A stretch of 64,000 nucleotides of DNA from contig OY760175.1 in assembly GCA_963663165.1 (NCBI GenBank), positions 6,080,001 to 6,144,000 of the forward strand, read 5' to 3'. Origin of the DNA: an uncultured Desulfospira sp. GTDB lineage: Bacteria; Desulfobacterota; Desulfobacteria; Desulfobacterales; Desulfobacteraceae. Both the position numbers and the translations under genes were made by a program. Below the pieces are notes generated by a model that saw nothing but the letters and a program-made list of their open reading frames with translations, searched no databases and was not told the DNA's origin. The stretch's first letter is position 1. Each line of letters opens with the position of its first letter. Of this stretch, positions 1 through 10,468 are shown piece after piece.

Positions 1-239
1 CCAGAGCATTTGGTGCTTCCCCTGGACAGAAAAGTCCCGGCCAGGTGGAAGTCTTTGGCCTGCCGGTTCCTTTTTTCGATAAAGGCCCGCTGAATGTGGC
101 CGCAAGTACACTTGTATTTAAACCGGGTAATGGGATCGGCCAAAGGACGGTCGGACATCTGGAGGATTTTTTTGTTCCCGCATTCAGGGCATCTGATCAG
201 GGCAGTATCAAGGTTGTCTATAAATATTTTCTGTTCCAT
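1..239 (-). CDS. Partial (runs off window) zinc-ribbon + PilZ-type protein
   Basis: Not in ORF track. Manual translation from ATG 239: MEQKIFIDNLDTALIRCPECGNKK...YKCTCGHIQRAFIEKRNRQAKDFHLAGTF; CxxC/CxC ribbon then an Arg-rich motif like deltaproteobacterial PilZ proteins. Confidence 0.6.
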   Translation of the reverse strand, partial: MEQKIFIDNLDTALIRCPECGNKKILQMSDRPLADPITRFKYKCTCGHIQRAFIEKRNRQAKDFHLAGTFLSRGSTKCS

Positions 240-526
240 GCCAAATTTCATCCTCAAGGGTTAACCACCGGGCCCGGACAGGTTGCCCGGCATGTGATAT
301 TTCCTATGAAGAATAGTTATCATTTTTTGTGCCAATGGTTGAAATTTGAGCTAACTGTTTAAAATTGTATGTAATATTATAAGGGGTGCCGTTTTTGGGA
401 AAAAATTCATAAAGAATGAAATTGGTTTTATTTGGCACAGACTGTTTTTATATGATACAAATAGCTAAATATCATCAACCCACGGCTAAAAGCTAACAGC
501 CAACAGCTTAAAAAAAGGACCTTGCC

Positions 527-2050
527 ATGGAAAATCTCGATCTTTTCAGGGAACTGGATCCGGTAAAGCTCAGGAAAAAATTCCTGGCGGCCCTGCTCAA
601 TATCCAGAATGTGAGCCGGGGCTCGATCTGGCTTATAGAAAATGGCTCCTATGTCTGCGTGGAAGCGGCCGGGGATGAAAGTGACCGTGTCATCGGTGTC
701 CGGTTAGAGCCTGACCAGAAGAGTATTGTGGGCTGGGTGATCCAGAATAAAAAAATGGCCATTGCCGAACCTGAAAGTGACCACCGGCATTATGGGCAGC
801 TTGAAGACCGGTTTGCCGTCAAAAGCAGCATGATCCTGTGTTTTCCCTTGTACTCGGCAACGGATCAACCCTTTGGGGCGGTTCAGATCATTGACACTTC
901 TGTGGCCAAAAGCCGCCTGAACCTGGACAAAGCATATCTTGCCACCTTGCAGAATCTGGTGGATGTCTGCTCCATCGCCCTTGGCAATGCCATCTTGTTT
1001 TCCAGGGAAAAGGAAAAAAACCGCCACCTTGAAAGGGCCCTTTCCCGGGCTGAAAAAAAAGAGGACATCGTGGGGATAAGTCCGAATTTCACCCAAAGCA
1101 TGGCCCTGGTTAAAAGTTATGCCGGCACAGATTTCCATGTGCTGATCACCGGTGAAAGCGGCACCGGAAAAGAGCTGGCCGCCCAGCAGATTCACCAGTT
1201 AAGCAGCCGGAAGGATAAACCCTTTCTGGCCCAGAATTGTTCGGCCATTCCGGAAACCCTTCTGGAAAGCGAGCTGTTTGGGTACAAAAAAGGGGCCTTT
1301 ACCGGCGCATTAAAAGATAAAACCGGGTTGTTTGAGGCGGCTGCCGGGGGAACGGTTTTCTTAGATGAAATCGGGGACATGCCCTTAGGGACCCAGGCCG
1401 GCCTGCTCAGGGTCCTTCAGAAAAACGAGATCAAGCCCCTTGGGGAAAACCGGGCACGGCATGTGGATATCCGAATTGTGGCGGCCACCAACAAGGATAT
1501 TAAACAGATGATCGCAGACAACACCTTTCGCCAGGACCTGTTCTACCGGCTGTCAGTGCTGCCGGTCCATCTGCCGCCGTTAAGGGAGAGAAGAGAGGAT
1601 ATCCCGCTGCTGGCCCGATTTTTTCTGGAAACAGAATCGGCCAGGGCCGGGATACCGGAAAAGAGCATTTCCCCGCTGGCCATGCGGCACCTCATGACCT
1701 ATGACTGGCCGGGCAATATCCGGGAGCTTGAAAATTTGATCCGGTATTTGATCGTGGTTACCCCCACACCGGTTATAGAGTCAGTTACACTTCCCGGCGG
1801 CAGCCCTGGTGCTGCGGCACACCCGGGAGAAACCGGCTGGGATGCGGCGGGGACGGACCCTTCCGGGGAAAGGCCTGTGGCGTTAACCGCCATGTCCTGG
1901 CTTGATCTTGAGAAAACATACGTGAAAGCCCTGCTCAAAAAGCACAACTGGAATGTGACCTGGGCCGCCCGGACATCGGGGATCAACCGGTCTACCTTTG
2001 CGTCGAGAATGCGAAAGCTGAACATCCGGCGGGACGATTTTTCGGAATGA
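527..2050 (+). CDS. Sigma54-dependent enhancer-binding protein (GAF-AAA+-Fis HTH)
   Basis: N-terminal GAF-like domain, GESGTGKE, ESELFG..KGAFTGA, FLDEIGD, WPGNIRELEN, C-terminal HTH. Confidence 0.93.
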   Translation: MENLDLFRELDPVKLRKKFLAALLNIQNVSRGSIWLIENGSYVCVEAAGDESDRVIGVRLEPDQKSIVGWVIQNKKMAIAEPESDHRHYGQLEDRFAVKSSMILCFPLYSATDQPFGAVQIIDTSVAKSRLNLDKAYLATLQNLVDVCSIALGNAILFSREKEKNRHLERALSRAEKKEDIVGISPNFTQSMALVKSYAGTDFHVLITGESGTGKELAAQQIHQLSSRKDKPFLAQNCSAIPETLLESELFGYKKGAFTGALKDKTGLFEAAAGGTVFLDEIGDMPLGTQAGLLRVLQKNEIKPLGENRARHVDIRIVAATNKDIKQMIADNTFRQDLFYRLSVLPVHLPPLRERREDIPLLARFFLETESARAGIPEKSISPLAMRHLMTYDWPGNIRELENLIRYLIVVTPTPVIESVTLPGGSPGAAAHPGETGWDAAGTDPSGERPVALTAMSWLDLEKTYVKALLKKHNWNVTWAARTSGINRSTFASRMRKLNIRRDDFSE

Positions 2051-2216
2051 GCCGAATGTCTTAAAAAGAGCGAATTAAGGTTGCGCATTTGCGACTTTAT
2101 GTCCGTTTGCAATCCGATGTATTGGGTTTTTCAAAAACAGATTAGACCCCAAGATAGGCACAACCTGCTGAATATATAAGCGCTGTCCAACAACAGCCGG
2201 TTCGATCCCCTGGTGT

Positions 2217-2232
2217 TGGCATGTCCATTGCA
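2217..2232 (+). promoter_or_regulatory. Sigma54 -24/-12 promoter
   Basis: TGGCATGTCCATTGCA (GG-N10-GC), ~40 bp before the CGGC gene and just downstream of a sigma54 activator gene. Confidence 0.75.
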
Positions 2233-2273
2233 GCACAAATTTCAGACAAAAAGTAACCCTAACAAAAGGTGGA

Positions 2274-2645
2274 ATGAAAATGGAAAACGTATTGATTGTC
2301 GGCTGTAAAAAAGCCATGGATGACGTGTGCATCGGATGCAGCAGGTGCCTGGTGGGATTCAACCGGAGAGAAGGTGAATTCGCGGTTTATAAAGACAAGG
2401 ATGCCCAGGTCATGGGTCTGCTCAACTGCGGCGACTGTCCCGGCGCCACCATTGTGACCCGGCTGGCCCAGGTCAGTCTCTGGAACAAGCCCATGGGCGA
2501 AAAAGTCACCAAGGTCCATGTGGCCCCCTGCATTACGGATCACTGCCCCCACAAAGAGGTGATCCTCAAGAAAATCAAAGCCAAAGCCGGGGTTGAGGTG
2601 ATTGAAGGAACCCATCCGTATAAACCGGAGAATATTTTTGCCTGA
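2274..2645 (+). CDS. CGGC-domain metal-binding protein
   Basis: GC..CIGCSRC..NCGDCPG..VHVAPC..CPH..GTH pattern. Confidence 0.85.
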   Translation: MKMENVLIVGCKKAMDDVCIGCSRCLVGFNRREGEFAVYKDKDAQVMGLLNCGDCPGATIVTRLAQVSLWNKPMGEKVTKVHVAPCITDHCPHKEVILKKIKAKAGVEVIEGTHPYKPENIFA

Positions 2646-2749
2646 GCCATATTGACCGGAGGCCTTAAGAAGGCCGACTGGACACCGGATGCACCCCTCC
2701 AGGGGAACCCAACATCCGGCGTCTATGGTTACATTTTGAGTCAATTCAA

Positions 2750-2802
2750 GGTTGGAGCAGGCCATGCCCGCGATCCAATCGCGGGCATGGCCTGCTCCAA
2801 CC
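2750..2802. repeat. REP-like perfect palindrome (25-bp arms)
   Basis: GGTTGGAGCAGGCCATGCCCGCGAT-cca-ATCGCGGGCATGGCCTGCTCCAACC; second copy at 11802-11854. Confidence 0.85.
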
Positions 2803-3023
2803 CGGAACTTGCCGTAATCGGTCTCCCGTCTTCATTCCTCCGGTATCCGTTCTTTATTATCAGCGAAATCGACGTCACCAGTATGCCAGTTCCATGCGAT
2901 CACCCGGTCCTGTTTTCTTATTCGTCTTGACAGGATGTGCCGCTAAATTTAAGGTGGGGTTGCTTACAACCGTTTGATCCATTTGCATAATTTGTTCAAT
3001 TTTAACCCCAAAAGGAGAAAATT

Positions 3024-4457
3024 ATGCAAGAGTATCAGCAGTTTATCAATGGCGCACTGGTCAATTCCCACGCATCGGACATGATCCAGGTGGAAAACCC
3101 CTACACCAACGAAATCGTGGCAACAGCCCCCAAAGGCGATGCGGTTGATGCCCAGAATGCCCTGGAAGCGGCCAGGGCAGCCCAGGTCTCATGGGCCGCC
3201 ACCCCGGCGGTGGAGCGGGCCCAGGCCTTAAAGAAAATGGCTCAAGTCATCCGGGAGAACCGGATTGAACTTGCCAGAATTCTGGTTCAGGAACAGGCCA
3301 AAATCCTGCCCCTGGCCCAGGTGGAAATTGATTTCACGGCAGATTATTTTGATTATTATGCCGGTTGGGCCCGGATTTACGAAGGCGAAATTATTCAAAG
3401 CGACCGGGCCAATGAAAATATTCTCCTGTACCGGCAGCCCATTGGCGTGGTGGTGGGGATCTGCCCCTGGAATTTCCCGTTTTTTGTCATGGCCAGAAAG
3501 GTGGCCCCGGCCCTTTTGACCGGCAGTACCATTGTGGTCAAACCTTCCAGCGAAACCCCGGCCACCACCCTGGCCTTTGGGAAACTGGCCGCCGGGCTTG
3601 ACCTGCCGGCCGGCATTCGCAATATTGTTTCCGGTGCCGGTGCCACCCTGGGCGAAACCCTGGTTAAAAGCCCCATCACGGGCATGGTCACCTTAACGGG
3701 CAGCGTGGAGGCCGGCACCCGGATCATTGCCGCCAGCGCCGAAAATATCACCAAAACCTCCCTGGAACTGGGGGGAAAGGCCCCGGCCATTATCTGTGAA
3801 GACGCGGATATAGATCTGGCGGTCAAGGCCGTGAAGGATTCCAGGGTTATTTTCAGCGGGCAGGTCTGCAATTGTGCGGAACGGGCCTATGTTCATGAAA
3901 AGGTCCGGGACGAGTTTGTGGAAAAGCTGACCGCCGCCATGAAGGCCACGGTATTGGATGACCCCTTTGCCGATCCCGCACCGGAAATGAGCAGCCAGGT
4001 CAGCAAAGACCAGCTTGACAAAATATCGGCCATGGTGGACCGGGCCAGGGCTGACGGGGCCCAGGTCCTTTGCGGCGGCAAACAGGCCGATAAGGGCACG
4101 GGCTATTTTTATGAACCCACGGTACTGGCCAACTGCCGACAGGATATGGAAGTGGTTCAAAAAGAGGTGTTCGGGCCGGTGCTGCCGGTGCTGACCTTTT
4201 CGGACTTGGACGAAGCCATTGCCCTGGCCAATGACTGTGAATGCGGCCTGACCTCCTCCATCTACACCACCAATGTGAACACGGCGTTTAAGGCAGTCAA
4301 CCAGCTTAAGTTCGGCGAAACCTATGTGAACCGTGAAAACTTTGAGGCCATGCAGGGATTCCATGCCGGATGGCGCAAATCCGGCATTGGCGGGGCCGAC
4401 GGAAAGCATGGGTTGATGGAGTATCTCCAGACCCATGTGGCCTATATTCAATATTAG
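3024..4457 (+). CDS. aldA: NAD-dependent aldehyde dehydrogenase (lactaldehyde/glycolaldehyde, AldA type)
   Basis: PWNFP, LELGGKAP, GQVCNC, EVFGP, and the AldA-like C-terminus GFHAGWRKSGIGGADGKHGLMEYLQT. Confidence 0.85.
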   Translation: MQEYQQFINGALVNSHASDMIQVENPYTNEIVATAPKGDAVDAQNALEAARAAQVSWAATPAVERAQALKKMAQVIRENRIELARILVQEQAKILPLAQVEIDFTADYFDYYAGWARIYEGEIIQSDRANENILLYRQPIGVVVGICPWNFPFFVMARKVAPALLTGSTIVVKPSSETPATTLAFGKLAAGLDLPAGIRNIVSGAGATLGETLVKSPITGMVTLTGSVEAGTRIIAASAENITKTSLELGGKAPAIICEDADIDLAVKAVKDSRVIFSGQVCNCAERAYVHEKVRDEFVEKLTAAMKATVLDDPFADPAPEMSSQVSKDQLDKISAMVDRARADGAQVLCGGKQADKGTGYFYEPTVLANCRQDMEVVQKEVFGPVLPVLTFSDLDEAIALANDCECGLTSSIYTTNVNTAFKAVNQLKFGETYVNRENFEAMQGFHAGWRKSGIGGADGKHGLMEYLQTHVAYIQY

Positions 4458-4566
4458 GAGACCGGGGGAAGGCAGACAGGAGACAGGAAGCCTGAGACCG
4501 GATGTGTAAACCGAAGGATTCGCGACATCCGGTCTCCCGTTTCCGGTTTCCTGTCTGCGGCCGGGA

Positions 4567-4863
4567 TCATTTTAGTTTCATGGGAAAGGTTTTGCCTTCC
4601 AGCGTAATGTCAACTTTGGGATGATCCTGAAAGACGGACAGCTTAACCCGGGCATGTCCGCAGGAAAGGGCAGGGAAAGCGCTTCGGGTGTGGGCAAAAT
4701 CCCCATGTTCCAGGAGCCAGGCCAGGGCATTCAGCCTGGCTTCAATGTCATCCAGGCTGGTTCTTTCTGAATGGGCCTTGAAACAGTCTTTGATCAGTTT
4801 TTCATGGCACCGTTTGGCCGCGGTTTGGATGCAGCACTCTTTGAGTTCCAGGTAAATGTCCAT
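4567..4863 (-). CDS. Hypothetical protein
   Basis: 98-aa ORF directly downstream of the Mrp gene, same strand. Confidence 0.6.
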   Translation of the reverse strand: MDIYLELKECCIQTAAKRCHEKLIKDCFKAHSERTSLDDIEARLNALAWLLEHGDFAHTRSAFPALSCGHARVKLSVFQDHPKVDITLEGKTFPMKLK

Positions 4864-4869
4864 AAAGGG

Positions 4870-5718
4870 CTATGACTTGTTTTTTATCAGGGTCACCATC
4901 TTGTCTGCAATGGACTGCAATGCCCTGGCCGCAGCAGACTTTGGGTATTTTCCCTGGAAGGAAACCCCGTCATCGCCGCAAACCACCATCAACGGGTCCA
5001 TGGGAATTTTCCCAAGAAAGGGAATCCCGGTCTGTTCCGCTGTTTTTTCTCCGCCGCCGGAACTGAAAATATCCACCACCGTGCCGCATTCCGGGCAGGT
5101 ATAGCCGCTCATGTTTTCCACGAGCCCGAAAATTTCCATGTTGACCTGGCGGCAGAACCGGATGGATTTCCTTACGTCTGCCAGGGCCACCTGCTGAGGG
5201 GTGGTTACAATAATGGCTTTGGCATCCTTGATCAACTGGGCTACGGTCAGCGGCTCATCGCCGGTCCCCGGGGGGGAGTCAATGATGAGAAAGTCAAGAT
5301 CGCCCCAGGCCACATCACCGATAAACTGGCGGATGGCCGTGTGCTTCACCGGTCCCCGCCAGATGATGGCATCGTCTTTATCCGGCATCAGGGCTTCAAT
5401 GGACACCGCACTCAGGTTGTCGGAATAGGGCATGGGGGCCATTTTTTTGTCCGGGTTGACCTGAATCATTCCCTTGAGCCCCAGCATCCGGGGAATGTCC
5501 GGCCCGTGGATATCCGTATCCATGAGACCGACCTTATACCCTTTATCAGCCAGGGCCAGGGCCAGATTGGCAGACACGCTGCTTTTGCCGACCCCGCCTT
5601 TGCCGCTCATAATAATAAAACTGTTCTTGATATGTTTCAGAGCGTCGCGCGCCCTGTCATTGGGGCCTGGTTCAGGCGGCCGGTCCATGATGCCGACACC
5701 TTTTGTTTTTTTATTCAT
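4870..5718 (-). CDS. Mrp/NBP35 (ApbC) Fe-S cluster carrier ATPase
   Basis: SGKGGVGKS, DIHGP, IIWRGP, DSPPGTGDE, ENMS..CPEC; start moved to ATG 5718 after a GGAGG RBS. Confidence 0.93.
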   Translation of the reverse strand: MNKKTKGVGIMDRPPEPGPNDRARDALKHIKNSFIIMSGKGGVGKSSVSANLALALADKGYKVGLMDTDIHGPDIPRMLGLKGMIQVNPDKKMAPMPYSDNLSAVSIEALMPDKDDAIIWRGPVKHTAIRQFIGDVAWGDLDFLIIDSPPGTGDEPLTVAQLIKDAKAIIVTTPQQVALADVRKSIRFCRQVNMEIFGLVENMSGYTCPECGTVVDIFSSGGGEKTAEQTGIPFLGKIPMDPLMVVCGDDGVSFQGKYPKSAAARALQSIADKMVTLIKNKS

Positions 5719-6304
5719 GTCATTCCTCCAATTGTAAAGGCCTGTTTCAAAAATATCGCCGGCCTGCGGTAAAAAGTCTATCAAGGATCATACCATTTGG
5801 CTATCTTTGAAGATAAAATATATTTGTGGTTGTCATTTCAATTGGTTGTAATGTATAATAGACAAAACTTACAGAGCGGCATGGTTAAGCCGATGCAAAA
5901 CAGCGACCCGATAGCTGCAAATCGCCGCCCTGTATCGTATGAAAAAAATACCGTAACATTTTTAAAAAAGGTGAACAAATTGGAGAATTTTTCACAGATC
6001 TCTTGACAAAAGGCCTCTTCCTGCCTAAACATTTTAATGGGTGGTGTTGAATTTTTCGCCCGGTTGGTTGAGATTAAATCTTTCGGCGACTATATCGCTT
6101 GCCTGGCTGAAAACGATTGATCATGGAATTTCAAAGAACATCAGAAAAACATCCCGAAAGACTGACTTTCGCCCGGGTTGTTGAGGGCTCGTTTGGTTGG
6201 GATATAAAACCGTTGATCTGCCAGGGGAATCTCCAAGCAGCTGTTTCGCCCTATGCGGTCCGGCTGTGCTTGACGATGGGATTATTTCAATTTAAGGATG
6301 CATA

Positions 6305-7675
6305 ATGAAAAAAGCAAAGGTGCTGATTGTTGACGATTCCAGGTCCGCCTTGTTCGCGATTAAGGCGTTGCTGAGTCCTGCAGGGATTCAAATGACGACT
6401 GCTTCTGACGGTTTAGAGGGGCAGCAGGCCCTTAAGAAGGGGAAGTTTGACCTGGTGATTACCGATGTGGACATGCCCAATATGAACGGGTTGGAATTCT
6501 GCCAATGGATCAAGACAAATGCGGATACCGCCAATGTCCCGGTAATTGTGCTCAGCTCCCTTGATACGGATCTGGATATTGAAAACGGTTTCAGGGTCGG
6601 GGCGGACGCCTATGTGCCCAAGCGGCTGGCCAACAAAGAGCTGATTCCCCGCATTGAAAGCGTGATGAATAAGTGTACCTTTGTGGAGAATAAAACCATT
6701 CTGGTGGTTGAAGACAGCAAGACCATTCAGGCGGTCACCAAGGACGGGCTTGAGACCGCCGGATTTGAAGTGGCCCTGGCCGATGACGGCCAGCATGCCC
6801 TTGAGATCATTGACGATGTCAAGCCGGACGTCCTTTTAACGGATTTGAATATGCCCCGAATGGACGGTGGGGAGCTGTGCAACCGGTTGTTCAATATGGA
6901 AGCGTATAAGTTCATGCCCATCGTGGTCATGAGTTCCATCACCGACAAGCCCCTCATGAGGCGGTTGATTCAGGACGGCGTCACCGCTTTTATTGTCAAG
7001 CCGTTCAATGTGGACATGCTGGTGGTGACCATGGAAAAGCTGTTGTCCGACCACTTTCAGCACATGCTTGAGGAACGCGAACGCCTGGTTGTAGAACAAA
7101 AGCTGACCATCGGCTCCATCAGCAGCCTGATTAATGCCCTTGAGGCACGGGATAAATATACCAGCGGCCATTCTGAAGCAGTGACAAGGCTTTCTGTGGC
7201 CATTGCCAAGGAGCTGGGGTTTGACAATTCAGCAATGGTGCGCCTGCAAATCGCCGCCAGCCTTCATGATTTAGGGAAAATCGGTGTGCGCGATAACGTG
7301 CTGCTCAAACCCGGGAAGCTCACGGATCCGGAATATCAACACATTCAAACCCATACCGTTGTGGTGCAGGATATTTTAAAACCGCTTCACGATATGGATG
7401 ATGTCCTTGAAGCGGCGTCGTCTCATCATGAGAAGTGGGACGGCTCGGGGTATCCCAACGGGCTTAAAGGAGAGGAGATCCCCCTGATCGGAAGAATTAT
7501 TGCCGTAGCCGATGTGTATGATGCCTTAACCAGTGACCGCCCTTACCGGGACGGCATGCCCGTGGAAAAAGCCATGAAAATTATTTCCGAAGGGGTCGGC
7601 ACTCATTTTTGTCCCACAGTGTCGGCCGCTTTTTTTAAGTACATGGGCATGCTTGAGAAGGGAAACCTTTCTTAA
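6305..7675 (+). CDS. Response regulator REC-REC-HD-GYP (putative c-di-GMP phosphodiesterase), copy 1
   Basis: Two receiver domains (VDD..TDVDMP; VED..TDLNMP), HDLGK and HHEKWDGSGYP. Confidence 0.92.
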   Translation: MKKAKVLIVDDSRSALFAIKALLSPAGIQMTTASDGLEGQQALKKGKFDLVITDVDMPNMNGLEFCQWIKTNADTANVPVIVLSSLDTDLDIENGFRVGADAYVPKRLANKELIPRIESVMNKCTFVENKTILVVEDSKTIQAVTKDGLETAGFEVALADDGQHALEIIDDVKPDVLLTDLNMPRMDGGELCNRLFNMEAYKFMPIVVMSSITDKPLMRRLIQDGVTAFIVKPFNVDMLVVTMEKLLSDHFQHMLEERERLVVEQKLTIGSISSLINALEARDKYTSGHSEAVTRLSVAIAKELGFDNSAMVRLQIAASLHDLGKIGVRDNVLLKPGKLTDPEYQHIQTHTVVVQDILKPLHDMDDVLEAASSHHEKWDGSGYPNGLKGEEIPLIGRIIAVADVYDALTSDRPYRDGMPVEKAMKIISEGVGTHFCPTVSAAFFKYMGMLEKGNLS

Positions 7676-7725
7676 CATGAGGGGTGCTGCCATACCATAT
7701 TTATCGTCTTTTGATTTAAGGAAGC

Positions 7726-9099
7726 ATGATGGATAAAGCAAAAGTGCTGATTGTTGATGACTCAAGGTCTGCTTTAGCGGCTGTTAAAGCCTTGCTGTGC
7801 CCTGCTGGAATTCATACTGTGACCGCCGGAGACGCCCTGGAGGGGCAGAAACTGCTCAAACAGGAGAAATTTGACCTGGTGATTACCGATGTTGAAATGC
7901 CTGAGCTTTCCGGCCTGGAATTTTGCCAGTGGATAAAATCAAATCAGGATACAGCCGGTACGCCGGTCATCGTGTTAAGCTCCCTTGATACCGACACCGA
8001 TATTGAAAACGGGTTCCGGGTGGGCGCTGATGCTTATGTTCCCAAGCGGTTGGCCAACAAGGAGCTGATTCCCCGTATTGAAAGTGTGATGAATAAGTGC
8101 ACTTTTGTCCGAAACAAAACCATTCTGGTGGTTGAGGACAGCAAGACCATTCAGCTGGTGACCAAAGAGGGGCTTGAGGACGCGGGATTTAACGTGGTCC
8201 TGGCCAATGACGGTCAGCATGCGTTTGAGATTATGGAAGAGGTATCTCCCGACGTTCTGTTAACGGATTTGAACATGCCCCGGATGAACGGCATGGAGCT
8301 TTGCCGCAAACTGTTCCGGATGGATAAGTACAAGCTTCTGCCCATCGTGGTCATGAGCTCAATAGGGGATAAGACCCTCATGCGGCGGCTGATCCAGGAT
8401 GGTGTGACCGCATTTATTGTCAAACCCTTCAACGTTGACATGCTGGTCATGACCATGGAGAAGCTGCTGTCCGACCATTTCCAGCGGATGCTGGAGGAAC
8501 GCGAACGGCTGGTCCTTGAACAGAAGCTGACCGTGGGCTCCATTGCCAGCCTGGTCAATGCCCTGGAAGCGCGGGACAAGTACACCAGCGGCCATTCCGA
8601 GTCGGTCACCCGGCTTTCTGTTGCCATTGCCAAAGAAATGGGATTTGTGGATGCGGAGCTGGAACGGCTGCAAATCTCTGCCAGCCTTCACGATCTTGGC
8701 AAAATCGGGGTAAGGGACAATGTCCTGCTCAAACCCGGGAAATTAACCGATGAGGAGTATCAGCACATCCAAACCCATACCGTGGTGGTGCAGGATATTT
8801 TAAAACCCCTTCCGGGTATGGATGATGTGCTTGAGGCGGCATCTTCCCATCATGAAAAGTGGGACGGCTCCGGGTATCCCAACGGGCTCAAAGGGGAAGG
8901 TATTCCTTTGACCGGCAGAATTATTGCCGTTGCCGACGTGTTTGATGCCCTGACCAGTGACCGCCCCTACCGGGACGGCATGCCCGTGGAAAAAGCCATG
9001 AAAATTATTACCGAGGGCGTGGGCTCACATTTTTGCCCCACGGTTGCGGAGGCTTTTTTCAGGTATATGGAGAAGCTGGATCTCGGCCACCTCTCTTAA
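7726..9099 (+). CDS. Response regulator REC-REC-HD-GYP, copy 2 (tandem paralog)
   Basis: Same architecture, highly similar to 6305-7675 over its full length. Confidence 0.92.
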   Translation: MMDKAKVLIVDDSRSALAAVKALLCPAGIHTVTAGDALEGQKLLKQEKFDLVITDVEMPELSGLEFCQWIKSNQDTAGTPVIVLSSLDTDTDIENGFRVGADAYVPKRLANKELIPRIESVMNKCTFVRNKTILVVEDSKTIQLVTKEGLEDAGFNVVLANDGQHAFEIMEEVSPDVLLTDLNMPRMNGMELCRKLFRMDKYKLLPIVVMSSIGDKTLMRRLIQDGVTAFIVKPFNVDMLVMTMEKLLSDHFQRMLEERERLVLEQKLTVGSIASLVNALEARDKYTSGHSESVTRLSVAIAKEMGFVDAELERLQISASLHDLGKIGVRDNVLLKPGKLTDEEYQHIQTHTVVVQDILKPLPGMDDVLEAASSHHEKWDGSGYPNGLKGEGIPLTGRIIAVADVFDALTSDRPYRDGMPVEKAMKIITEGVGSHFCPTVAEAFFRYMEKLDLGHLS

Positions 9100-9200
9100 A
9101 AGAGGGGATTCGGCTGAAGGCGGAAAGGAGATTAGGCCAAAGGAAGTATCGCCTTTTTATTCTACCGGCCTTCAGTCTAAACCCCTTCAGTCTATCTACC

Positions 9201-9617
9201 TTACGCCTGACAGGTTTTGTGGGCCATCTTTCCGATGGTTTCAACGGCGTCTTTTAAATCAGCCAGCTCCCCTTGAGTCGGGCTGCGGCGCTGGTATTTG
9301 TCAATGGAACAGATGGACTGGATGCTCTCATGTGCCAATATTCTGTCCCTCAGGTCCTGCTCAAGGGGGATCACTGTTTCAAGGGCCATAATCAGGTCTG
9401 TAAAGGTATGATTTTCCGGAAGGGCATCATGAAAATCCATGATGGCCATGACATACCCTTCCAGGGACATGGACAGCAGGTTGTACAGAAGATCCGGGCC
9501 GAATTTGCTCTTTTCCCCTTTGGGCGTGGCCGCTGCCAGGTACTGGTCTCCGTTTTTGAGCCATTTTTCCCAGTTTAAGTCGTTTTCCCAGGGCACTTGT
9601 TTCTGGATTTCAATCAT
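9201..9617 (-). CDS. Hypothetical helical protein (weak HEPN-like pattern)
   Basis: 138-aa ORF with RBS; ENHTFTDL recalls the HEPN THDL region; fold call is weak. Confidence 0.55.
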   Translation of the reverse strand: MIEIQKQVPWENDLNWEKWLKNGDQYLAAATPKGEKSKFGPDLLYNLLSMSLEGYVMAIMDFHDALPENHTFTDLIMALETVIPLEQDLRDRILAHESIQSICSIDKYQRRSPTQGELADLKDAVETIGKMAHKTCQA

Positions 9618-9709
9618 TTTGCGTTGGTTCCTTTGGTGCAGCTGTTAGCCTTTAGCGACTGGCTGTCAGCCTGGCTGGTGTCACCCAGCAGAACGCTGAC
9701 AACTAACCG

Positions 9710-10468
9710 CTAAAAGCCGTCAGAAATATTCCGGTTAAAAAAATGATACACATAGGGGTTGGACGGGTCCTGCTTCATTGCCTTGGGATCCCCCTGGGCA
9801 ATGATGCCTTTGGCTTTTTTTTCCAGCATGATGACTTCATCGGCAATGGTCAGGATGCTTTCTAATTCATGGGTGACAATGATAAAGGTGATTTTCAGGC
9901 CGTCTGCCAGGTCCATGATCAGCTTGTCCAGCCCGGCCGAAGTCAAGGGATCCAGGCCTGCCGAGGGCTCGTCCAAAAACAGAACCGAAGGATCCAGGGC
10001 CATGGCCCGGGCAATAGCGGCCCGTTTTTTCATTCCCCCGGACAGCTGGTCCGGCATGAGAAAGGCGGCATGGGACATGTCTACCAGATCCAGCTTGATC
10101 CGGGCAATGGCCTCCATGGCATCCTGTGAAAGACGGGTATACTCTCTTAAGGGAAGCATAATGTTTTCAAGGACGGTCATGGAGCCGAAAAGGGCCCCGT
10201 TCTGAAAGGCCACGCCGATTTTCTGCAACAGCTCATTTCGTTGCTGTCCCGCCGCCGAGACCATATCCTGTCCATGGATGAAAATTTTGCCTGAAACCGG
10301 GGGAACCAGTCCGATCATATGCTTGAGCAGCGTGCTTTTGCCGCAGCCTGACCCCCCTAAAATGACAAATATCCGTCCCTTTTTAATGGAAAAATTTAAG
10401 TTTTCCATGATGGCATTGCCGTTGTATCCGGCAAACAGGTTTTCAACTGTAATAATGTCTTCTTTCAT
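9710..10468 (-). CDS. mlaF: ABC ATP-binding protein, MlaF/Mkl type
   Basis: GGSGCGKS, FQNGALF, LSGGMKKR, FLDEPSAGLDP. Confidence 0.85.
   Translation of the reverse strand: MKEDIITVENLFAGYNGNAIMENLNFSIKKGRIFVILGGSGCGKSTLLKHMIGLVPPVSGKIFIHGQDMVSAAGQQRNELLQKIGVAFQNGALFGSMTVLENIMLPLREYTRLSQDAMEAIARIKLDLVDMSHAAFLMPDQLSGGMKKRAAIARAMALDPSVLFLDEPSAGLDPLTSAGLDKLIMDLADGLKITFIIVTHELESILTIADEVIMLEKKAKGIIAQGDPKAMKQDPSNPYVYHFFNRNISDGF

Noticed and set aside
318..448. Divergent sigma54 promoters (two TGGCAC motifs)
   Set aside because: Both lack the -12 GC dinucleotide.
5785..6304. Riboswitch or sRNA upstream of the HD-GYP genes
   Set aside because: No recognisable c-di-GMP or other riboswitch consensus by eye.
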